The notes under the pieces are model-generated. The model had not been told where the DNA came from, ran no database searches, and worked only from the letters and a program-made list of their open reading frames with translations. Below, piece by piece: positions 7,696 to 14,630 of a DNA stretch of 14,630 nt (within the stretch, counting starts at the first letter, position 1; every line of letters starts with the position of its first letter). Both the position numbers and the translations under genes were made by a program. The DNA comes from Promethearchaeota archaeon (GTDB taxonomy: Archaea; Asgardarchaeota; Lokiarchaeia; Sigyniarchaeales; SOKP01). The stretch covers positions 1 through 14,630 of the forward strand of contig JAHLWH010000249.1 of assembly GCA_019058015.1 (NCBI GenBank). The letters run 5' to 3'.

Positions 7696-8867
7696 GTCAA
7701 TATTTATCAATTATTCCGCAAACTCCACTTCATATTGGAGGTATAAAACCTAATTTCAGGTTTCTTTTAACTCAGGATATAATTCCAGGCAGTCTTATTA
7801 GGGGTTGTTTATCAGAATATTTAATCAGACAAGGAAATAAGTCTAAAATAAAAGAATATATAAAAGAAACAAAATTTGGTTTTTTTTATCCTTCAAATAG
7901 TCCGTATAATTTCCCATTTCCGTTTCCTTTAACATCATTAAGTTGTAAAATAATGAGTGGGTTTAAACCCAAAAACCATGGTGTTTTTGACATAATTATT
8001 CCAATGATTGCATATACAGAATTAAAGAAATTCGGCGCTAAATTTCCAATCCCGTTTATATTTAAATGCAAAGAGTGTGGAAGCAAAATGGATAAATATA
8101 TAACGGGTTATTATATTTTTGAAAACAAATATAAAAAAATTGAAGTTAGTAAAATATCTCAGACAAAATGTGCCCTAAGCCGAGGAAGAAAAACAACTCA
8201 GCAAGGAATGTTATATAGTATTACTGGAATTAATCCAATAGTAAAAATAGATGGAGATAGAGGCGGAATCGTTTTTATTGGGAAAATTTCCGGAGCTAAT
8301 GATAAAATAGATTTTATTATGGAATCACTAAATGAGATTGGTATTGGAGGATTTACCACAAGAGGCTTTGGAAATATTTTGGCTGAAAAAATAGAAATTA
8401 ATATAGAAAATTTAAAAAATAGAATTGATTCATTCAATAGAAAATTAAATGAGATTTGGAAGCTAATGTATTCTATTGTTTTAAATAAGAATAATAAAAA
8501 TATCCCTGAAGAACCGAATAGTTGTTATTTTACGGTTGATTTACTTTCTCCAGCAATATTGAATGAAAATAATATTCCAACTTTAAAATTGCAAATAAAT
8601 TTAGATGATATAATCTTAAAGCCAATTTTTTTTTCCACTAATCATATCTTTATTGGAGGCTGGTCAACTGCCTGGGGTTTGCCTAAAAGAACAACATACG
8701 CTGCAAAAATTGGTAGCGTTTATGTATTTAAAACAAATAAAGAAGAAGAAAATATAAATAAAGTTCTTGAAAGTCTTGAGGAGAAAGGGATTGGCGCAAA
8801 AAGGGATGAAGGTTATGGAGAAATTTTAATATGTCATCCATTTCATAAGGAGGTGATACCAGTATGA
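7692..8867 (+). CDS. csx10: Csx10 (Cas5-group RAMP, type III-D signature), 391 aa
   Basis: TPLHIGG, IPGSLIRG, SCK..HGVFD..CKEC, two G-rich loops (GIGGFTTRGFG and GIGAKRDEGYG), LLSPAIL, IGGWSTAWGLPK and GSVYVF. Confidence 0.88.
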   Translation: MSQYLSIIPQTPLHIGGIKPNFRFLLTQDIIPGSLIRGCLSEYLIRQGNKSKIKEYIKETKFGFFYPSNSPYNFPFPFPLTSLSCKIMSGFKPKNHGVFDIIIPMIAYTELKKFGAKFPIPFIFKCKECGSKMDKYITGYYIFENKYKKIEVSKISQTKCALSRGRKTTQQGMLYSITGINPIVKIDGDRGGIVFIGKISGANDKIDFIMESLNEIGIGGFTTRGFGNILAEKIEINIENLKNRIDSFNRKLNEIWKLMYSIVLNKNNKNIPEEPNSCYFTVDLLSPAILNENNIPTLKLQINLDDIILKPIFFSTNHIFIGGWSTAWGLPKRTTYAAKIGSVYVFKTNKEEENINKVLESLEEKGIGAKRDEGYGEILICHPFHKEVIPV

Positions 8868-9244
8868 ATATATTTTTAAAAAAGAAAATTGAAGAACAAC
8901 TAGATAATATTATTGAAAATGCTGAAAATCTTGTAATAAATACGAACATTGCTAATAAAGAAAAAATAAGTCAAAACCAGATACGTAATATTATAGAAAT
9001 AGCTAACGCTACTAATTCATTAAAAGCATTGAAAAATTTTATTCACTATCAAATTGGAAGAAATCAATTGGATGGTGAATTTGGCAACCAATTAATAAAT
9101 CAATTGGAGAATTTTTTGGAAAATATAACAAAAGAAATTACCAGAAATTCACCAAAATCTGAAAATTCTGTAAGATTTTCTTTGATTAAGCAATATCTTG
9201 GATATTTGAATCGCCATTATGTTTATTTAACTAAAAAAAAATAA
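8864..9244 (+). CDS. cas11: Small subunit Cas11/Csm2-like (126 aa)
   Basis: Helical protein with SQNQIRNI, FIHYQIGR and YLGYLNR. SD GGAGGTGA at 8849-8856. ATGA overlap with csx10. Confidence 0.85.
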   Translation: MNIFLKKKIEEQLDNIIENAENLVINTNIANKEKISQNQIRNIIEIANATNSLKALKNFIHYQIGRNQLDGEFGNQLINQLENFLENITKEITRNSPKSENSVRFSLIKQYLGYLNRHYVYLTKKK

Positions 9245-9286
9245 AAGAAGGAAAAAATAAAAAACTAAAAAAGGAGAGAAATACAT

Positions 9287-10141
9287 TTGAACGATTTTAG
9301 TTCATTTAAAAATCGATATATTTTAAAAGCAAATATAAAATTTGAATCCCCCTTGCATATAGGGATAGGAATATCCTTAGAACCAGCTGAAACAGATTCT
9401 CCAATTATAAAAAGGGATGAAATACCCTATATTCCAGGATCTTCAATCAAAGGGATTCTTAGGACATTTTTTGAAAAATTTTTAAGAAGAATGGATTCTC
9501 AGAAATTAAGATTGAATGGACAGAGAATTTGGGCATGTGATATTTTAACAGAAGAAGATAGGTGTATTTCACCTAGAAAAGGCTTAAATCCTAACAGAAT
9601 ATCAATAGAAGAATTAGAGAATGAGAGTAAAGAAAATGGCAAAATTAACGAGGAAAAATTAACTCAAAAAATACTTGAAAATTTATGTACAGCTTGTAGA
9701 CTTTTTGGATCCCATGAGATGGCATCAAAAATTTATATTAAAGACGCATATTTAGTTCAAGAGGAGGCATTTAAAACCGAAATTAGGGATGGAGTAGCGA
9801 TCGATAGAGATACGGGAACTACTAAAGTTGGCGCCAAATTTGATTATGAAGTCATTCCTCCCGGTTCAAAATTTCAGTTTGAAGCTATTTTAGAAAACGT
9901 AGACGATTGGGAGGTTGGGCTTTTTGGAATGATTCTTAAATTTTGGGAAAAAAGTGGAATAAATATAGGGGGTAAAAGTTCAACTGGATTAGGATGGAGT
10001 AAAATAGAAGATTTAAAAATAGAACTTATTAAAGATGAGAATTTATTGGATTTCATTATTAATGATAAGATAGAAACTGCTAATTTGGAAAATTTCTTAA
10101 CTCAATTGCATAATACTCTAAAAAAAGAGGGAGATATTTAG
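9287..10141 (+). CDS. cas7: Cas7/Csm3-group RAMP (Csx7-like), TTG start (284 aa)
   Basis: SPLHIG, ETDSPII (Asp at the catalytic position), YIPGSSIKGILR, CTACRLFGS, RDGVAIDRDTGT and IGGKSSTGLG. Confidence 0.93.
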   Translation: MNDFSSFKNRYILKANIKFESPLHIGIGISLEPAETDSPIIKRDEIPYIPGSSIKGILRTFFEKFLRRMDSQKLRLNGQRIWACDILTEEDRCISPRKGLNPNRISIEELENESKENGKINEEKLTQKILENLCTACRLFGSHEMASKIYIKDAYLVQEEAFKTEIRDGVAIDRDTGTTKVGAKFDYEVIPPGSKFQFEAILENVDDWEVGLFGMILKFWEKSGINIGGKSSTGLGWSKIEDLKIELIKDENLLDFIINDKIETANLENFLTQLHNTLKKEGDI

Positions 10142-11028
10142 TGTTTAGAGAAATATATAATAAAATAGAAATCGAATTAGATATAATTCCAAAATCACCA
10201 CTTTTAATAAAATCAGGAGGTATTTCACCGAACCCTTCATTACCAGATATGCAATTCGTAAGGACAAAAATCGGGGGGATTGAACAGATGTATGTACCAG
10301 GTTCATCTTCAAAAGGTATTTTTAGAAGTTATATCGAAAAAATTTTACGAACAAAACTTAATGAAAAGGGAGCTTGTGATATTTTTAATAATAAATGTCT
10401 TCGAAATTTGGAAGATGAAATTAAAAAAGGAAATGTGTTAAGTTATGAAATTTATAAAAATTCTTGCTTAGCATGCCGAATCTTCGGAAATACATATCTA
10501 AAAAGCAGGATATTAATTTCAGATGCCTATCCAAGAGGGGATATAAAAACCGAAGTTAGATATGGAGTTGCTATATCTCGTTTGACTCATGCTGTGGCAA
10601 GCGGACCTTTCAACATAGAATCAGCAGTTTCAGGAGAATTCAATTTAAAAATAAATTTAGAGAATTTTGAATTATGGCAATTAGGAACAATAGCATTAGC
10701 TATTAAAGGATTAAATAGTGAAATGATTAAAATAGGATACGGTAAAAATAGGGGTTTTGGAGCAGTTTTAGCGGACATTAAAAAAATAAAATTTATTTTT
10801 ACATCAGCAATAACTAAAAATCAGATATGGGGAGTTGGAAAATTTGTTAATGCTGATGTCAGAGAAAATTATGATCTAATAGATAATGATCAAATTGAAA
10901 TTACAGAAACTCCTATAAATGAAGCTGATGAAATAATATATAAAATAGTCGAATACTCGCATCAATCTTGGGAAGAGATTTCCAATAAGGTAATTGAGAA
11001 ATTTAAACAAAAAATGGAGGAAGTATAA
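10141..11028 (+). CDS. cas7: Cas7/Csm3-group RAMP, GTG start (295 aa)
   Basis: SPLLIKSG, LPDMQFVR, VPGSSSKGIFR, CLACRIFG, RYGVAISR and IGYGKNRGFG. Confidence 0.92.
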   Translation: MFREIYNKIEIELDIIPKSPLLIKSGGISPNPSLPDMQFVRTKIGGIEQMYVPGSSSKGIFRSYIEKILRTKLNEKGACDIFNNKCLRNLEDEIKKGNVLSYEIYKNSCLACRIFGNTYLKSRILISDAYPRGDIKTEVRYGVAISRLTHAVASGPFNIESAVSGEFNLKINLENFELWQLGTIALAIKGLNSEMIKIGYGKNRGFGAVLADIKKIKFIFTSAITKNQIWGVGKFVNADVRENYDLIDNDQIEITETPINEADEIIYKIVEYSHQSWEEISNKVIEKFKQKMEEV

Positions 11029-11029
11029 A

Positions 11030-11497
11030 ACGGCCCAAAAATCTCAAATGGATAGTGGATATGTTTATTCCGGGATTTTAGATTTAGATTCCCTCAAAGA
11101 TTTATTTAAAGAAATTAATACTGAAAATCCTCTTTTTTATATCAAAGAGGCAATAGATGATTACCAAATATCCGAAAAATTACCAGATGTTAAAATACCT
11201 AGAAATGGGAGTGTTTTTTCAGATAAAGGCGAAATCAGATGGGAAGAAAAAGAAGGAATGTATCATGTCCTTGTTTTAACTGAAACAGAAATTAAAAAAG
11301 TACCAGATAGTCTCTTAAAAATTGAAGGAAATTGGAATATAAATAAAAACATGCGGATATTTTTAGTTCCTCCCAATATGGGGCATATTTCACCAAATTT
11401 TAAACAATATCCTCATGATGCAAATTATTTAATTGTATGTTATTATTTAAATAACGAAAAAAATTTTTTTATTAGCCCAAGAAGGTTTGAAAAATGA
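11030..11497 (+). CDS. csx19: Csx19-like type III-D subunit. Start uncertain (ACG 11030, ATG 11048 or TTG 10994).
   Basis: GSVFSDKGEIRWE motif, beta-rich character, and position just before the last cas7, as in III-D operons. Confidence 0.7.
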   Translation, partial: TAQKSQMDSGYVYSGILDLDSLKDLFKEINTENPLFYIKEAIDDYQISEKLPDVKIPRNGSVFSDKGEIRWEEKEGMYHVLVLTETEIKKVPDSLLKIEGNWNINKNMRIFLVPPNMGHISPNFKQYPHDANYLIVCYYLNNEKNFFISPRRFEK

Positions 11498-12429
11498 GCC
11501 GTAGAAGCCCACCTGAGCCTAAACCGTTCTTTTTTATCGGTTTAAAAGAATCCCTCATAAAAGATGAATTTATACAACACGATAAATTTATTAAGGAAAA
11601 TCTTACAGGACAATTAAAATTACAATTGGAAGTTATTTCAGAATACCTCTTTATTGGTTCTGGAAACTATAATTTTATACAAAATCCACAATTAGTTTAT
11701 TACTCTTTTTTTAGATCAAATGATAAGATTGTAATCCCTGGTTCAAGTATAAAAGGTGCCGTGAGAAGCGTTGCAGAAGCAATATCTAATTCTTGTTTAA
11801 GTATAATCAAAAAAAAAGAAAGATATCCTCCAACGCATCAATCTTGTAAATTTAATCTCAAAACAAAAGATAAGAATAAAAGAATTACTAAATTATGTCC
11901 AGTTTGCAGACTTTTTGGAACAACAGACTATGGGGGTAGAGTTAATTTCTCAGATGCAAAAATATTGGAAACAGAAAAAAAAATGATAGAAATAGTAAAA
12001 ATTGGTAATCTATTTCGTCCCCGCATAAATAAACAGATGAGAAAATTCTATGAAAATAAGAAATTTTATCCATTAAAGAATCAAATGCCCGAAAAAAATT
12101 ATAGATTTGTTGAAGCTGTTAAAAAAGGAGCAAAATTTGAAACCATTTTGACTTTTCAAAACATTACTGAATCTGAACTTTCACTTTTATTGCATGCAAC
12201 GGGAATAAAACAAAATTTTAAAATAAAAATTGGTGGTGCTAAGCCTAGATGCTTTGGGATGGTAGAATTTATTCCTTTCGAATTCAAAATTCTCAACGAT
12301 GATTTAATTTCCTTTAGAGATGGATCTATAGAAGATATTATCAAAAATAAAGATTTAATAATAGAAATAAAAGAATTAGAAATAGGTTTTTCTGAAAAAG
12401 AAGAAAAATGTCCAAAGGGGAATTATTAA
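11494..12429 (+). CDS. cas7: Terminal Cas7-group (Csm5-like) RAMP, compact and probably non-catalytic (311 aa)
   Basis: N-terminal PKPFFFI..HDKF, LFIGSG, IPGSSIKGAVRSVAEAISNSC, LCPVCRLFG, RKFY and IGGAKPRCFG. No Asp at the Csm3 catalytic position. Confidence 0.9.
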   Translation: MSRRSPPEPKPFFFIGLKESLIKDEFIQHDKFIKENLTGQLKLQLEVISEYLFIGSGNYNFIQNPQLVYYSFFRSNDKIVIPGSSIKGAVRSVAEAISNSCLSIIKKKERYPPTHQSCKFNLKTKDKNKRITKLCPVCRLFGTTDYGGRVNFSDAKILETEKKMIEIVKIGNLFRPRINKQMRKFYENKKFYPLKNQMPEKNYRFVEAVKKGAKFETILTFQNITESELSLLLHATGIKQNFKIKIGGAKPRCFGMVEFIPFEFKILNDDLISFRDGSIEDIIKNKDLIIEIKELEIGFSEKEEKCPKGNY

Positions 12430-12803
12430 TGAACATAGACAAAAAAATTGAAAGTGCTGAATTTTTATGTAAAAGATTATATAATTGCTCAAGAAACGAG
12501 TGGAAAAATTGGATAAATTATTTTAAAGAAAATGGGTGGGTTAAATCGCTCATATTTGCTGAATGCCTTAAAGAAAGTAATATGTTAAGTTTTAATCAAA
12601 AACAAAGTTATAATCAAATATTTAATGTAATGAGAAATTATCAAAATCAATTGCCAAAACCCATCGATTTAGCAGAGATTTTAGAAATATTTGGATATGT
12701 TAGTTGGAAATTAGTTATTTCAAAATATGAAAAAAAAGAGAAATCGAATAAATATAAAAAATCCAAAAAATATAAGAAAAAAAATTATTACACGAGAAAA
12801 TAA
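12429..12803 (+). CDS. Small helical, basic protein, possibly a second Cas11-like subunit (124 aa from ATG 12429)
   Basis: TAATG stop/start overlap with the last cas7 and AAGGGG just upstream. The helix ILEIFGYVSWKL resembles the Cas11 C-terminal helix. Lys/Tyr-rich tail. Confidence 0.6.
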   Translation: MNIDKKIESAEFLCKRLYNCSRNEWKNWINYFKENGWVKSLIFAECLKESNMLSFNQKQSYNQIFNVMRNYQNQLPKPIDLAEILEIFGYVSWKLVISKYEKKEKSNKYKKSKKYKKKNYYTRK

Positions 12804-13008
12804 TTAAAATAGTATCATTATTACCTCTAGAATTATATTCATATTTTGGGAACTTAACAATTTAAAGAAAATATAAAATTGGAATCGATTTAACTTTTGA
12901 ATTTCAAATTAAAGAGCCGTGTTGTATAATAATAAAAAAATATTTAATAAGACTTTATAAAATTAGGATTAAAATCTTACTATTTGACTAAAAATTGATA
13001 ATTAAACA

Positions 13009-13028
13009 TTAAAAGAGGTTTTTTAATG
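13009..13028 (+). repeat. 20-bp translation-initiation region, copy 2
   Basis: Identical to 3678-3697. Confidence 0.9.
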
Positions 13029-14027
13029 CCAAAAAGAGCGTTGATTTCCACTTTGGGGGAAACCCCAAGTGTTGTTACGGAAGCCATAGATGTATTAATA
13101 AAAGATGGAAAAAAGCCTAATGAAGTCTTTTTAATAACTACAACAGATTCGAATTCGACGGAATCTCTTAATCTTTTAATTGAACATATAGAAAGTTATT
13201 ATGATAATAGCATTACACCAATTCCCCGTCAGCTTGGTAGGTCATATGAAGATATTACTGATATTGGATCCGTTTTGGAATTTATGAATATATGTTGCAA
13301 TAAACTTAAAGAATATCGAGATAAAAATTATAAAGTATATGTATGTATTGCAGGAGGAAGAAAAACCATGTCGGCATTGATGACATTGGCAGTCCAATTT
13401 ATTGGAGCTGCAGAAATATTTCATATAATCATAACAGATAAGGATTTGGAAAAAAAAAGTAATATAAACTATATTAGAGCAATAAAGAGCAATATCAAGG
13501 AATTAGAAATGATCCTTCACCCTAAAAGAGATAAAATAATAATAATTCAAATGCCCTTTATTGGATTATTTCCATGGCTTTCTGATATTATTAAAAAACT
13601 TAATAATGAGTTGATTAATAATAAGGCAGTTAATGATTTAGTGGAAATGAGTAATCTCTTTGAAAATAGCCGTATTACCGAAACTGGAAAATTGTTTAAA
13701 AAGATTATAGGAGGACTCGAATTCCCTCCAGAACCATGTAAAAATAAAGAATTTCTTAAAGCTAGTCAAATTGATCATCATTATAATAATGATATTGCTA
13801 ATATGGCAAATAATTTAATAAATCGTTTTAGTTTTATTTGTGGAGCGCAACCTATTGAGTGGGGGGGTTCTAAAGGAGTAAAAATTTCAGATAATGATAT
13901 TACATTTCATTGGAAAAATCGGAGCGATGTGGTATTAGGACTTAAATTAATTACTACCGCTAAAACCAATGGAGAGAGAAATATGATTAAAAAAGAACTT
14001 GAAAATTTTCTAAATAAAAAGAAATAA
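13026..14027 (+). CDS. CARF (NE0113/Csx14-type) + short wHTH-like linker + ~95-aa C-terminal domain with HH motif. Candidate cOA-activated effector (333 aa).
   Basis: LISTLGETPSVVTEAI and CIAGGRKTMSAL. RITETGK resembles the end of a wHTH. C-terminal DHHY...GLKLITTAKT..E...I...L. Confidence 0.85.
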   Translation: MPKRALISTLGETPSVVTEAIDVLIKDGKKPNEVFLITTTDSNSTESLNLLIEHIESYYDNSITPIPRQLGRSYEDITDIGSVLEFMNICCNKLKEYRDKNYKVYVCIAGGRKTMSALMTLAVQFIGAAEIFHIIITDKDLEKKSNINYIRAIKSNIKELEMILHPKRDKIIIIQMPFIGLFPWLSDIIKKLNNELINNKAVNDLVEMSNLFENSRITETGKLFKKIIGGLEFPPEPCKNKEFLKASQIDHHYNNDIANMANNLINRFSFICGAQPIEWGGSKGVKISDNDITFHWKNRSDVVLGLKLITTAKTNGERNMIKKELENFLNKKK

Positions 14028-14574
14028 ATCTTGAAATCATTGAATAATTAATTACACCTTTAAATCCTTAATTATTGAGATCTTCTTAAACTGTTAATAA
14101 GAAAATTATTGATTATTTTTGAAAATGAAAAATTTCCTTCAAAATCGTTATTAATTCTTTATTAAAGATTTAATTTCGTTTTTCTTTTCTTTACTTAAAG
14201 AAATAAGAATATACGTTTATTAAGGAAAAGAGATAGTGCAAATATTTGAAAGAAAATAATCTTTAGGTATTATTTGTAAAAAAATTAATTATAAAGTATT
14301 AATTAATTTTTAATTAATTTTCAAAACTTAAAATTTAGTCAATTTATTCATTATTTATATTTCCTTTTTAAATGGTTCGAGCCTCACCCCAAAAATTGTT
14401 AAAAAATTCAAAACCGTTTAATTTTGAACACTCAAGGAAATTTAATGGGGCAAAAAATATTAAAATATATGAATTATTATATCAATAAATCTCATAAATT
14501 TTTCCCCAAATTTGATATAAAAATAAAATTATTAAGAAATAAAATGAAAAATAGCAAGATTTCTTAGATCAACT

Positions 14575-14621
14575 TTTCGAGCCTCCTTTTAAATAAATTT
14601 AAAATTTTTTAAGGCTCGAAA
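14575..14621. promoter_or_regulatory. Perfect 10-bp inverted repeat TTTCGAGCCT / AGGCTCGAAA with a 27-bp AT-rich spacer; CRISPR-leader-like motif
   Basis: Arms at 14575-14584 and 14612-14621 lie in a ~600-bp AT-rich noncoding region. The repeat is seen directly; its function is inferred. Confidence 0.55.
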
Positions 14622-14630
14622 GACTGAAAT

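Noticed and set aside
8849-8856. GGAGGTGA Shine-Dalgarno as proof of archaeal origin
   Set aside because: It is also complementary to bacterial 16S rRNA 3' ends, so it is not diagnostic.
1125-13424. Short antisense ORFs in the track (1125-1310, 3196-3384, 6106-6549, 6522-6713, 7110-7391, 7886-8086, 8198-8437, 8728-8949, 9874-10056, 10587-10778, 12156-12344, 13242-13424)
   Set aside because: All lie opposite well-supported genes, are mostly Ile/Phe/Ser/Leu-rich as expected of antisense shadows, and have no motifs.
14594-14630. Window ends in AAGACTGAAAT, similar to the repeat 3' end
   Set aside because: The preceding bases do not match the repeat.

Overview
Very AT-rich window carrying a type III-D-like CRISPR-Cas locus, most likely from an Asgard archaeon (inferred from a Rag-like small GTPase and longin-type domains). 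From left to right: the trailer end of a CRISPR array with 37-bp repeats (7 repeats, the last three divergent); a divergent gene pair (PAS / degenerate His-kinase DHp / longin-like fusion, and a Rag-like GTPase-longin fusion) lying between the array and the cas genes; a short CARF gene; a tightly coupled effector operon (cas10 with HD and intact GGDD, cas7, csx10, cas11, cas7, cas7, csx19, cas7, and a small helical protein); a longer paralogous CARF gene with an extra C-terminal domain; and an AT-rich region with leader-like motifs at the right edge. No cas1, cas2, cas4 or cas6 is visible. All domain calls come from motif recognition by eye, with no database searches.
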